A program made the translations under genes and the position numbers. Positions 12,731 to 26,137 of a stretch of 64,000 nucleotides of DNA are shown here, in pieces. The DNA comes from Camelus dromedarius. Lineage: Eukaryota. The number at the start of each line of letters is the position of its first letter. The first letter of the stretch is position 1. The stretch lies in the NCBI RefSeq assembly GCF_036321535.1, contig NC_087472.1:99078001-99142000 (forward strand), in the 5' to 3' direction. The notes beneath the pieces were generated by a model. That model searched no databases. It saw only the letters and a list, made by a program, of their open reading frames with translations, and had not been told where the DNA came from.

Positions 12731-13189
12731 TCTCAAATGATGTCATTTACAAATCATCAAACTAAAAGTTCTTTAAAAGCATGATACTTAGATAAAACAT
12801 TTTCATTTTTAATGTTCCTCAAAATGGGACACACTGAATTAAGCTAAAGAACTAATAGAAAATTCCCACACAACAATAGTAAAGAACATTTGCAATATCC
12901 ACTGAATAAGTATGTAAACTTGATCTCTGTGTGAAATTCACATTCAAACTGTAGATCTAAAATTGACACCAGTGAATTGTGTGTTTCAAATCCAACAGAT
13001 TTTAAGTGAATTTTGCATTATTTAAAACAGTAAAAAATTATTTAATATTTTTTTACAGTTCGTCGACACTGCTAAGAATTTTTTGTGTGTCATTGCTAAT
13101 AATTTCAGTGCATACAAGATGAAAGCGAGGCAAGACAAGTTTTGAGACAACTGATGCTTAATGCCAACTATATAGAATATCTTTTTAAG

Positions 13190-13850
13190 GTATTTTTTAA
13201 ACTTTTTATTCAAAAATCATTTAACCTTACATGAGAAGTGCATAAATAGTATGAAAAATGTTCATATGCCCTTTCTCTAGATTCATTAGTTGTTAATATT
13301 CTTCATTTATTTTATCATTCTCTCTGCTTCTGGATAGAGAGATAGACAGATAGATATTGATATATTTTTTTCTGAATTATTTCAGATTAAGTTGCAGAAA
13401 TAATGCCCTTTTCTCCTAGGTACATCAATGTATATTTCCCAAGAACAAGAAGTTTATATTATCAAAATTAGGAAATTAAACATTGATACAATACTATTAT
13501 TTAACCTGGAATCCACATTTCAGATTTGCCAATTGAATAATGCCCTTTATAGTAATTATTTTAAAGTCTAGGATCCTGTCCAAGATCTCATAATACATTT
13601 CATTTAGTTATCTTATTTCTTTAGTCTCCTTTAGTCTGAAACAGTTCTGTAGCCTTTCTCTGTCTTTTATAACACTGACATTTTAAAAGAATTATTGAAT
13701 GACCCTTCATCTGGATTTTTCTGGTGTTTTAATGGTTATATTCAGATTGTGTTTTTGACAAGAATACCACAAAAATAATATTATGTCCTTCTCAGTACAT
13801 TCCATCAGGATGCATATGATGTTATGTTGTCTCATTATTAATGATTAGAG
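13190..13850 (-). mobile_element. L1MC4/5-type 3' end
   Basis: ttatcaaaattaggaaattaaacattgatacaatactatt...ttagtctcctttagtctgaaacagttc. Confidence 0.75.
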
Positions 13851-15157
13851 AATGTCTTCACTAGAAAAAAAAAAGCCTAGAAAAAGCAAACTTACTTAAT
13901 AATGAAATATGCTGCTCAATTTTGGTGCTTTTTTATACTTAAGCAAAAACATAAGTTGATTTAACCTAAATAGAGTATTTTCTTTGAAAAGAAAAAGTCA
14001 GCTCCTAGTCAACATAACTTATTGAACATTACCTTTGTTGACATGAGCTGAGAGTTTTGAATTCAGATTTAAATTCTGTTGACAATTAATATGCACAGTG
14101 ATATGTCCTGTCAAAAGCCTAGACGGAACTTAGCTGGTGGCCAAAGGATATTGCTTTACGGTCACTGTGCTTGGGAATTACGCGTATCAGAAGGAAAGGG
14201 GACCAACCACCTCATGAGACTGTGTATTGGGTCTTTGTGAAGGGTTAGCTGCAAAGTGCTTTCCTGCAGCTCAATGAAATGAAAAGGATGAGATTCATTT
14301 TTCTCTCATTTTGCTTCCATCTGATTCTGTTCTGCTAGCAAAGTACTTGAAGGAAAGCATCTATTAATCTTGGAACAACCACTGAATTTAATTACCATGT
14401 CTAATGTTAGCTTGTACAAAGTGTTATAGGGATATGTTTTCTTCCATAAGAAGTACAGTACAATATGTTCTTCTATTTCAAATCCATTTCACTTAATTCC
14501 AGTGCTCTGACAGGAAAAAGCAATACTGCTGCCGACCTTCATATTCAGGCTGCTCTCTCTCACTAAACTACACACCTGAGAAAAATCACATCCCACTTAC
14601 CTTCATCTCAACATGATGCTGTATAGAACTATTTCCATTTGTTCTCCTTCCTGCCTCCCCCCCAAAAAAACAGAATGAGGAGAGCATGAATAATTATTGC
14701 ATTCCAAGAGACCATGATGAATTTTATTAGTGTACAAAGCATATTGCATGAATTTACCAGAGGTCTTTATTCTGAGCTCACATATGTTCTGCAAAGCTGT
14801 CATTTTAAACTGCTTCTAGGGTGGTGCTGAGTGGCTCGTTCCACTTTCTTGTGTGGCTATTCACCTTTGTGGATGGGGTGGTAGGTAGGTATTAAACTCC
14901 ACATGCTGCGATGGGAATGTATACAAAGTTTCTATTTTTCTGCATCTTTTTAGGAGAAGCAAGTAGAGATGGAAACAAAGTCATATTAATTCTCTCTGGG
15001 AGCCTCTTGAGGTAAAAAGCTACTTGAAGCTGGAAGGTTATCTGATAGGATGTTTGGTATTTAGGTACAGGGTCAACATGTACATGGAAAACAAGACTAT
15101 TGATGGTTGTGAGATGATGACCTTTCATTTTTCCAACGGAGTAAAGAAAACAAATTT

Positions 15158-15242
15158 AACTATAATCACAATGCTGTGCATTAGATATCTGGACCTTATG
15201 CATCTTCTCACTGCAAGTTTGTACCCTTTGACCAACATCTCT
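15158..15242 (-). mobile_element. L1MA 3' UTR fragment
   Basis: aagtttgtaccctttgaccaacatctc. Confidence 0.75.
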
Positions 15243-15244
15243 GT

Positions 15245-18200
15245 ACACCCTGGCCTGAGCCCACTCCAGCTCCTGCTGGCCCACCAAAAGCACCTAGCAC
15301 ATGTGGTCTACACAGGGGACACTCCTACATAAGGCCACACTTTTAAGACCAGAAGAGGTAGCTATTTCAACTAATTTGTAAAAAACAAACACAGAAAGTC
15401 AAACAAAATGAGGAGACAGAGGACTATGTTCCAAATGAAAGAACAAAATAAAACCCCAGAGGGAAAAAACATACTGAAACAAAGATGAGTAATTTACTTG
15501 ATAAAAGTTCAAAATAATGATCATAAAGATGCTTACTGAACTCAGGAGAATAATGGAGAAATACAATGAGAACTTCAACAAAGAGTTAGAAAATATAAGA
15601 AAGAACCAATCAGACTGAAGAATACAATAACTGAAATGAAAAATACACTATAAGGAATCAACAGCAAGTTAGATCATACAGAAGAACTGATCAGTGATCT
15701 GGAAGGCAGAATAATGGAAATCACCTAATCAGAACAGCAAAAAGAAAAAAGAACTTTAGAAAATGAGAATAGTTTAAGGGACTTCTGGGACAATATCAAG
15801 TATACTAACATTCACATTATAGGGGTCCCAAAGGATAAAAATCATATGGTCATTTCAATAGATGCAGAAAAAGCAGTTGACAAAATTCAACATCGATTTA
15901 TGATAAAAACTTACAACAAAGTGAATATAAAAAGAACATACCACAACATAGTAAAAGCTGTATATGACAAGCCCACAGCTACTTAATGGTGAAAAGCTGA
16001 AAGCATCTTCTCTAAGAACAGGAACAAGATAAGAGTGTGCACTCGCACTTTTATTCAATATAGTATTGGAAGTCCTAGCCACAGCAATCAGACAAAAAAA
16101 TGTAATAAAAGTCATACAAATTGGATGAAAGAAGTACAACTATAACTATTTGCAAGTGATATGTTACTAGATATGGAAAACGCTGAAGAATTCACTGAAA
16201 AAAAAACTATTAGAACTAATAAATGAATTCAATTAAGTTGTAGGTTGCAAAAATCAATATACAGAAATCTGTTGTGTTTCTATACACTAATAACAAACTA
16301 GCAGAAATAGAAATTAAGAAAACAAATCCATTTATCATTGCATCAAAAAGAATAAAACACCTAGGAATAAATTTGACCAAGGAGGCAAAAGACCTATACT
16401 CTGAAAACTATAAGACATCAACGAAAGAAATTGAAGATGACACAAATAAATGGAAAGATATACCATGCTCTTGGATTGGAAGAGTTAATATTATTAAAAA
16501 GACCATACTACCTACCCAAAGTAATTGACAGATTCGATGCAATCACTATCAAAATTCCAGTGGCATTTTTCAAAGGACTAGAACAATAACCCTAAAATTT
16601 GTCTGAAACCACAAAAGACCCCAAATAGCCAAAGCAATCTTGAGAAAGAAGAACAAAGCTGGAGATATCACACGCCCTGATTTCAAACTATACTACAAAG
16701 CTGTAGTAATCAAAACAGTATGGAATTGGCATTAAAACATATATAGATCAATGAAACAGAATAGAGAACCCAAAAATAAACCCATGCTTGTAGGGGTAAT
16801 TAATCTACAACAAAGGATGCAAGAATATGCAATGGGGAAATGACAGCCTCTTCAGTAAATGGTAAAACGAGACAGCTACATGCAAAAGAATTGAACTAGG
16901 CCACTTTCTTACATCATATACAAAATAAACTCAAAATGCATTAAAGACTAAATATAAGACCCGAAACCATAAAACTCCTACAATAAAGCATAGGCAGTAA
17001 GGTCTTAGCAATAATTTTTTTGGATTTGTCTCCTCAGGCAAGGGCAACAAAAACAAAAATAACCAATTGAGAATATATAAAGTTTTGCACAGCAAAAGAA
17101 ACCATCAAAAAATGAAAGGGCAATTTACTGAGTTGGAGAAGATATTTGCAAATGATATGTCTGATAAGGAGTTAATATCCAAAATGTATAAAGAACTCAT
17201 ACAGCTCAATATTTAAAAACAATCTGATTTAAAAATTATGCAGAGGACCCGAATAAGCATTTTTCCAAAGACATGCAAATGGCCAACAGGCACATGAAAA
17301 GATGCTCAACATCACTAATTATTAGGGAAATGCAAATCAATACAATGAGATATCACCTCATACCTATCAAGATGGCTGTTATCAAAAAGACAACAAATAA
17401 CAGGTATTGTTGAGGTGTGGAGTAAAGGGATCACTCATGCACTGTTGGTAGGAATGTAAATTGGAATAGCCACTATGAAAGACAGTATGGCGTTTCCTCA
17501 AAAAATTAAAAATAGAATTATCATGTGATCCAGCAATTCCACCTCTGAGTATTTATCAGGAGAAAGCAAAAACATTAATTCAAGAAGATATATGCATCCC
17601 AATGTTCATTGAAGCTTTATTTATAATAGCCAAGATTTGGAAGCAACCTAAGTGTCTATTGGTAGTTGAATGCATAAAGAAGATGTCAGAGATGTGTGTG
17701 TATGTATGTATGTATGTGTGTGTATATATATATAGAATAGAATATTACTCAGCCATAAAAAAGAATGAAATCTTGCCATTTGTGACAGCATGGGTGGACC
17801 TAGGGTATATTATGCTAAGTGAAATAAGTCAGACCAATAAAAACAAATACTATATGATTTCACTTAGATGTGGAATCTAAAAAACAAAACAAATGAACAA
17901 ACATAAGGAAATAGGAACACACCCATAGATACAGAGAACAAGCTGGTGGTTGCCAGAGGAAAGGGGGGGAATAGGTAAAATAGGTGAAGGGCTTTAAGAG
18001 GTACCAACTTCCAATTATAAAATAGAGTCATATTTCAGTATCCACAGGGGATTGGTTCTGGGAACCCCTGAAGTTACCAAAATTGGTGGAAGCTCAGGTC
18101 CCTTATATAAAATAGTGTAGTGCAGTTGTCTCTAGATATCCACAGGTTTCACATCCAAGGGTTAACCAGATGCAAATTTCAATCTGTGGTTGACTGGGTC

Positions 18201-18435
18201 ATTGGTTGTGGGTCCACAGATAGCAGTCCACAAATCCAGAGGTCTGACTGTAAATAAGTCACAGGGATGTAATGTACAGCACAGGGGAATGTAGTCAATA
18301 ATATTATAATAATTCTGTATGGTGACAGATGGTAACTAGACATCATGCTGATCATTTCATAATGTATGAAAATATCAAATTAGCTTTTGTACCTGAAACT
18401 AATATAATAAGTCAATTATACTTCAATAAAAAAAA
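15245..18435 (+). mobile_element. Internally deleted, inactive L1 (partial 5' UTR, ORF1 N-terminus, ORF2 RT to C-terminus, 3' UTR, poly-A)
   Basis: ORF1 ATG 15408 (MRRQRTMFQMKEQ); NIHIIGVP at ~15807-15830 fused to [15 protein letters not shown]; catalytic FADD reads FASD; track ORFs 16274 and 17602 are ORF2 pieces. Confidence 0.93.
18025..18250 (+). mobile_element. TcMar-Tigger MITE (MER2/MER8-like) inserted in the L1 3' UTR
   Basis: cagtatccacaggggattggttc...gctcaggtcccttatataaaatagtgtag; ends gactg; TA on both sides; removal restores L1 ttataaaataaataagtcac. Confidence 0.85.
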
Positions 18436-18489
18436 TAATACCTACCTCATAGATTTGTATGGATGAAATGATATAATCCACATAAGAAG

Positions 18490-19390
18490 ATACTACTCCT
18501 ACGCAAAGTGATCCACAGATTTAATTCAGTCCCCATCAAAATTCTAATAACATTTTTGCAAAAATAGAAAAGCCCATCCTGAAATTCACATGAAATCTCA
18601 CGAGACACCAAAAAGCCAAAACAACTTTGAAAAAAAACAGAGTTGGAAGTCTCACACTTCTTGATCTCCAAACTTACTATGGAAGATACAGTACTGAAAA
18701 CAGTGTGGCACTGGCATAAAGATAAACATATAAACTAATGGAATAAAATGGAGAGCTCAGAAATACACTCTCACATCATATATAGTCAAGTGATTTTCGA
18801 CAAGAGTGCCCCAAAAGCTTTCAATGGGGAAGGGACATTCTTCAACAAATGGAATTGGAAAAACTGGAAATGTACAGGCAAAAAACCAGTCAGATGCACT
18901 ACCTTACACCATATAGAAAAATTAACTGAAAATGGATTAAAGACCTAAACATAAAAGCTAACATTTTAGAACACTTGAAAGAAAACATGAAAAAAAAACT
19001 TGATGACATTGGATTTGGCAATGATTTTTTGTATATGACACCAAAAGTGAAAATAGGTAAATTGGAGTACATCAAATTTAAAAACTTTTGTGTATTGCAG
19101 GACATAATCAACAGAGTAAAATGGCAACTCACAGAATGGGAAAAGATATTTGCAAATTACATATGTGATAAGGGGTTAATGTCCAGAGTATACAAAGAAC
19201 TCCTACAACTTAACAGCAAAAAACAAACAACTTAATTTTAAAATGGGTAAAAAATGGGTATTCCAAAGAAGATACACAGTTGCCAATAAATTGCACATTA
19301 AAGGATACACAACACCATTAGTGAAAAACAAAACCAAACCCCAATGCTATACCACTTCACACCCATTAATGTGGCTACAGTTTAAAAAAA
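18490..19390 (+). mobile_element. Older L1 ORF2 fragment
   Basis: Track ORFs 18748 and 18975 are ORF2-like (WEKIFANYICDKGLMSRVYKEL). Confidence 0.9.
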
Positions 19391-19644
19391 ACTGTAGCAC
19401 TTCTTAATCAAAGACAAGTACTTTGTCTTCTCAGTAAATTTCATAGCATAGATATGATCTTTATTTGGCATTAATTGTTAGTCTTTCCTTTTTCTCTGCA
19501 GAAATTTTATTTGGCTTTTCATATACAGTAGTATCACATGGTTTTAATATAGAAAGGTACTTTCTTATTATCTCCTTGTATGCTCAGGAAGAAAAATTGT
19601 TAATAAGCTGCATTAATTAAGATACCCTATGTTTTTTGAGAGAA

Positions 19645-19761
19645 AACAAAGAACTATGAATTGTTTATTTCTGAAATTTTCCTTTTAATATTTTCAGACT
19701 GCATTGACTGTGGGTAACGGAAACCACAGAAAGTGAAGCCATGAATGAGGGGGGAATACTG
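19645..19761. mobile_element. Tigger4/MER46-like terminal fragment
   Basis: gaattgtttatttctgaaattttcc...gggtaacggaaaccacagaaagtgaa...ggggggaatactg followed by TA. Confidence 0.7.
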
Positions 19762-20554
19762 TATTATTGTAGCTCTTTATGCTACCAGCATAGTGAATAG
19801 TAAATGTCCTGTGGACAGGCATAGTCTCTTACTCCTCTAATCATTCAGGGCAGTGCCTGTTACTTAGTATCCATTCAGCCAATAAGTAAGTGCACGAGTG
19901 AATGAAGAATGGATGAATGAACAAAAGAATAAGCAAATTAATTGGAGAGGTTAAAGAACGGGATATCAGAGACATTTAGAGTCAACCTGGAAAGTGGAAC
20001 TTGGAGGAATCATGCCATTCCACTATTTTTATTGCAAGAGAATTTTACTATTTGGCCATTATCACTAATATTGTTATAATTAATTAAGATCAGATTTGCC
20101 TATGATCTAAAAATAAAAACTGATGAATTTTTTTTTTTTTGGTTAAGTCTTTCTTTTCCCCCAACACAGTGAAAGAGATCATAGACTATTTAGGAAATGA
20201 TAAGAAATAGAAACAAGGAAAACCTCTAGCCCCAAGTACTTCTAAGAGCTTTTATCTGATGCCATATCTGAAATGTCTAACAGTAGAACCAAAATAAATT
20301 AGATAATTACCATTTCCCCAAATAGAAGTTGAATATGTAAGTTTTCTTTTTTATCAAATAAGTGAATTAGCAGCACAGGGTAGTGGGAAATGGAGAGGGA
20401 AGGAGTCATGAAGAAAATTTTCCTGTAGAGAAAGTACTTCCTCCCTAACAAATTTGTCTGTGTTTAAAGTCACATTACTAGTCCTCCTGCCCTTCAGGGT
20501 TGTTCAGTCATTTGAAAACGTGTGACCAATCTTACCTTACTTTGCTCTTAAAAA

Positions 20555-21135
20555 TCATGATCTCTCAAGATATTTATTAACAACAAAGGAAATTAAAACA
20601 ACTTTATAGTGCAGAAAGTCAACAGACACCACGTTAACCAAGTGATCAAGGTTAACATCACCAGTTACGGGATGTATTGACATCGTGAACCCTTTGATAT
20701 GAAACACTGAGATGGACACATAATCACTTTGTCAAAAATGGTAACCTCAGTCTAATCAGGAGAAAGCATCAGACAAACAGAAACTGAGGGACATTCTACA
20801 AAATAACTGATCAATACTCTTCAAAAGTGTCAAGATCATGAAAGAGAAGGAAAGACTGAGGAACTGTCACAGATTGGAGGAGACTAAGGAGACATAATAC
20901 TTTAATGATACGTGGGTTCTTGGACTGAACCGTAGACCATAAAAAGGATTTAAGTGGGAAAATTGGTGAAATTTGAATGAAGTCTGCAGTTTAGTTAATA
21001 GTATGTACCCGTGTTAATTTCCTGGTTTTGGTCATTGTACCATGGTTATGTAAGATGCTAACATTAAGAAAAGCTGGGTAAGGGTTATATGGAAACACTG
21101 TACTAGTTTTGCAACTTGTTTGTAAATCTAAAATA
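20555..21135 (+). mobile_element. L1MC4/MD-type 3' UTR
   Basis: aaccaagtgatcaaggttaacatcaccag...gactgaggaactgtcacagattggaggagactaaggagacat. Confidence 0.85.
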
Positions 21136-22129
21136 CGCTCAACATACACCATAACATTAATGGACATCTTTCAGAGATAAGTAGAGACACATTGTAAAGT
21201 GGCCAAAATAGGATTCATCAGGATGATGTGACTTAACATGGAATCATCTGTAATTTTCCTTTATCCAGTCTTAATTAATGGTATCCACTATTAGCATTAC
21301 TCCATGTATCTATCCAATCAGTCTGCTAGGTGCTATAGTGCCCATTCTCATTATACCATCTGATTTTAGTAATTTTAATTGGTTACATTACACGAGTTTG
21401 AAAAAAGCAAAGAAAAAGCTCAAAAAGTTTTGAAAGCACTGCCATCTGCTCCTAAGAGTGCTATATTTCCCTTTTTTTTTTTTTCTGATTCTCACTGTCT
21501 ACCAGACCAAAAATATGTTTGCCATCATCAAGTCATTCTAACTTCAGTGGTAAGGAAGCTTACCACTTATTTTAAAAATGTTCCAATATTTTTGGTATTT
21601 TAGTGTGAGATATTTGTTGGTCTGACTCCATATACAAACAAAAACGAAACACACCTCCTAACCACCCTTCTCCCAGTTTGTCTTGTCTCCATTCTCTGGG
21701 AAATAGAATTTTTGGAAACAGTCTTCACCACAATATGGAAGCTACTTCTGGTTTCCAATTGTCGGTTGCCAGAGTTGCGGGCTTATTCTGTAAATAGGGC
21801 TTTTCTAGCTCAAGGCTAACCTTCTTCAGACTGATTCAGATGCCAAAGCTGAAGTGAAATTCAAACTAAGCAAGAAGTGATTTTTATCTGGGCTCCTACT
21901 AAATGGAGTTAAATAATAAAAGGTATATAAAAATGTATAGCTTTTAAAAACTATAATGTAGTTTGCAGTTATATATATACTATATATGCACCAACTGCAG
22001 TATATATGCTGTATATTCAGCATAACTGGTATATTCAGCATATATACTACAGTTGGTTGCAGGTATAAGGAGCCAAATATCAGTATATCTTGGGCAAAGT
22101 TAGTCTCTATTTTTCAGCAGGGAATTTAC

Positions 22130-22740
22130 AACCTTTAAATCTTAGTTATGACTCTGTTCACTTTGGTTGCCTTAGGTATGTCAGAATTCCTTGAACCGTA
22201 ATCTAATTTATATAAGAGCTGGGCAGTGAAGGATAGAGAGGAAATGGGATTAGGAGACAGGGAATATTCTTCAAGAGACTTACTACAATAGGATGAAAGG
22301 AATAATATGGCAGAAAGAGAGATGTTGTTCTGGAATGAGGAACATGCTAATGAATATGGAGGAGACTTGAGGGAAGGTAACAAGGATACACATGGAGAAG
22401 CGAGCCTTCGCTCCCTCAGCAAGGTGGTCGAAACTTGTCTCCGAGGTGGAAAGGAGGGAAAAAGTTGAGGGAGGATGAGGATGCAGAGAACGTGTGATGT
22501 GGAATGGAGGAAAGCGGAAGAAGCTAACAGCATATGAGTTCTGTTCTTTCCCACCAAAGTCAGATAAGAGTGGATGTGCTGGGGAGACCGGGGAAGCAAA
22601 GGAGGAGGAGCTCAGGGCTTGAGGAGAATGGACTCGGCACTGTGGAGATTGGCACTGATACAGTGAAAGGCCTGCTGGAAAACAAAGAATGGCAGCCCAC
22701 ATTAATTTGCAAGAGAATCATTATCTGAACTTTGAAATTC
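22130..22740 (-). mobile_element. L2 LINE remnant
   Basis: Purine-rich on plus; minus strand resembles the L2 RT region (ctttctgccatattattcctttc...aaggcaaccaa). Confidence 0.55.
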
Positions 22741-23269
22741 TCTCTCTAGCCACCCTGGGCATATTATTTATGGTTTTCCTACAATTTTATTATTTCCTTC
22801 TAATGAATTTTAAGCAAGTTTACAATTACTCTAAGAAATAACTGTTGGCATTTTCTCAGCAAAGTCTAAATGAGTTCTTTCCAGTCCAGTTTGCAACCCT
22901 CCCTGTCTTTGTGCTTACTCTAGTTTCACAGCTGTTGGCTTTGCCTCTCAATTTCTTGCCTGTCAACAATTGTGTTAATACACTGCTTCAGCCTTGTTCT
23001 ATTCATTCATGAAAACAGGGAAGTTTTCTTCTCCTCTATAAACAGTGAACAGATATTCCTATAATTTTAAAGACTGTGCTTAAGAGTAGGTTTTTGTTCA
23101 TGGAAGACCTGTCATCTGGCAGTGAATGTTGGAGGTGGGGTGGGCTGAGGCAGGAGTATAAATTAATAGTCAGATGTGAAGAAATCCAGTTTCATTTGGT
23201 CTTTCATTTCAACCAAGTCTTTATATTTAAATTAAATATTTCTTCTCTGGCCCTTTGCTTTACACTCTG

Positions 23270-24210
23270 CTCAGGGAGGTCACCAACCTTGTTGATGACT
23301 CTCCTATTACCCTGGTCTCTATTATACTGATTCCCTAAACCCCTGTGACCTCCATCTCCATTGCATTTTAGTCACTCGTTACATTTCTGAAATTGTCATT
23401 TCTCAAAAAGTCTCTTAGAGCCCAAACTCTCAAATTCCCCCTATAGCTCTACAGTTCCCTCGCCTACATCCACATATGCAATGAGCCTGAGCTCTAATCT
23501 CCTCATGACTACTTCCTGGTCTTCCATCCTTTCCAATTCTTCTATCTTGTCACCCTAATTTTTAGTTAACAATTTTAATTGAATGTATCCTAGGTGTAAA
23601 AACCCCAAATGTATGATGCCATATTCCTGTAACCTCCGTGTTTTCTGCTTTTCCCACTCCATGACGGTATTGCTATAAGGCTCAACACTTTGTCAGTTGG
23701 GTCTGCCACAGTTCATGATATCTATTCTCAGGTAAACCATAACTACTGTCTAGAAGCTCTTTAATTTTCTGTTCGTGTGAGAGGTTTGAAAGTGCCTCCA
23801 CAAAGCTTCAATCCTACCCTTTTCCTGCTCACACCAGGACTCATACCTTGCAACTACAAAGGCCAGTATCTTTAAGCACTTCCCGTTTCCCCACTTCAGA
23901 CTCTCTATCTCAACTTCTCTTTTTTCCTGTTTTTGAGGGAGACACATCTCTGCTTGCTACCACACTCACCATTCTCTCTAGTACATCATGGAAAAACAAA
24001 ATCTGCCTAAAGGACAACACTAACCACTGACTTTGGAGTGGAGTCTAAACACGTTAGCCTGCTGTTCAAGGCTCTCTACAAGCTGGTCCAAATTTACCAC
24101 TCCATAATAGTCTCCTATTATCTCCTTAATAACATTCCCTAAACTACCATCAAACTGAACCAGTTGTTCTTCCCCAAAGGTGCCTTGCTTCCATGCTTCC
24201 GTGCCTAGTA
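23270..24210 (+). mobile_element. L2 LINE fragments
   Basis: Pyrimidine-rich L2-like text such as gtctaaacacgttagcctgctgttcaaggctctc...tgcttccatgcttc. Confidence 0.5.
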
Positions 24211-24786
24211 AAGGCAAACTATGAGCTTCCAGTTATGTGATGTGAGTTTAAATCCTAACTTAGCCTCTTACCAGCTGGGTAATCTTAGTCAAAAATAAAG
24301 AATCAGTGATCCTCAGTTTCTTCCCTAGCTCCTGGTAAGATTCAAATAAAACCATGATTATTGCAGCATGTGAAAAACTTCATAATGTCATTAAAATGTA
24401 CAGTATTCTTTCATTCAACAAATAATCATTTAGCACCCACTACTTGCCAGGCATTAGTACTGCTGCTATTCACTTCCCAAGTGAATGTTACATACTTACG
24501 GACACAGAGGCAATCTGCATCCACCAATCATCATAAACAAAAACAACCAGCAGAATCAAGGCATAAAGAAAACCCACATAAGCTTGAGGTTTAGCAAAAA
24601 TTGTTTTTCAAAAACATTATTTGTGGATGGATTGATGGCCAGATTCAGCCCAGAAGCATTTTCTTTTAGATTTTACATCTTTGTTGCCACTTTTCCGGAC
24701 ACCAAAATCAATTCAAATCAATAACCCGAATAAAGGAATTGTGAAAGCTTAATAGAAACCGAAGTAGAATCTCTTCCTTTCATTCC

Positions 24787-24886
24787 TCAGAATGTGAATT
24801 TCTGATTTAAAAAAAAAATGTATTGCTTTAAGTAAGCCCATGTCTTGAATCTCTTCATTCCATGCCAGATGGAATGTTCAGGAGCA
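24787..24886 (+). repeat. Copy A of ~100-bp dispersed direct duplication
   Basis: Near-identical to 28351-28447. Confidence 0.95.
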
Positions 24887-26040
24887 GATTGTACAAGCAA
24901 GCTTGCAAGGGAACATGGTCTTGTAAATATAGCTTCTCTTGGTGATGACTTTGACTCTACTTGGTACAAGAGAAGACCTTACCGAAAAGGGATTTTTCAC
25001 TATAGTCACCAATACAAAAAGCACACAACAAAAAGTACATTTTCTCCAGTACTGACAGACTTGTACTAGTGCCGATAAAATGATTGTTGATTTCCAGAAA
25101 GTTGGGCGGTAGGGGAAGCGAGTGGACAAAAAGCTACCCAGTGAACAAGCTGTCTCTCTTTCTCTCTCCCCACCCCTCCTTTTTAAAAAATCCAAAATAG
25201 ATATTTCAAAGCTTGAAAAACTTCAAAGCAATTTAATTTAAGTTGCTTTCCATGACTTTAAACACTGAATGTTCACACCTACGTCAGTACTACATTGAGA
25301 ACCTCCCACTCAGAAACTGTATTTAGGAAAAAAAGGATGCTGTGGTCTGAGATGAGGCCTAGATTTGAGGGATCCTGAGTTCTAAGATGAGTTCTTCAGC
25401 AAGACTCCGGACTTCAGCAGATTTAATTCTTCTTCCTCAGTGAAGAGTCAGGTTAGTTTTCAGGAAGTTTTCCTTTAGCAGTAATAAGATCAATACAGTA
25501 AACTCCCTGTATGACCTGCTTCATCGTATACATATATCCTGCTCCACATGATAGTTTTTTTTCCTAAGATTCTGGATACACATTGAGTTACAGCCTTCAG
25601 GACTCTCCTGCTATAACCCTGAAAGACAGACATTGCTATTTTTCCCCACACTTAAGCACCGACAACAATCCACGTTCCATTTTCTTCAACAATGTTTGCA
25701 CCTTTATTAGTTTTCAATATATAGTGTGGATTTACCAGTCATCCCTCTCTGGGGAGAGTAAATTTTGGTTTTAGTGTTTAAGCAAAATTGCATATCTGGC
25801 ACGTTATTTTACACCCCACCACTTTCTGTTTTTTTAGCTTAAGCCAAGCAAGGTGAGTAGGCGTCATCCAACATAAAATCTTGCTGACTTTTTTTTTCCC
25901 CGAAGAAAAGCTAGCGAACAGGAGGTGATAAATGCTATGCTTCCTACTCAGACTCTGTCACATAAGATGTCATTTTTTTATTTTAATTATATTCTTTGCC
26001 AACTCAAATAGGCAAGTAGTTTTGCTTCATATTATCCTAC

Positions 26041-26137
26041 CTTTGTTAGAGTTCCTCGCAAGCATCAGTGGAAGGCCTTTCATTTGTTTTACCAGACCTG
26101 GTCTTGATATCCGATTCCAAGCCAATCTCTTGGCATC
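26041..26137 (-). other. Candidate 97-nt minus-strand exon
   Basis: Acceptor ctctgtttctttcttcag|, donor AAG|gtagga; frame 0 open (DAKRLAWNRISRPGLVKQMKGLPLMLARNSNK). Confidence 0.35.

Noticed and set aside
22135..22728. Overlapping ORFs of 154, 139 and 64 aa
   Set aside because: Low-complexity Ser/Leu/Pro content from a purine-biased L2 remnant; no domain recognised
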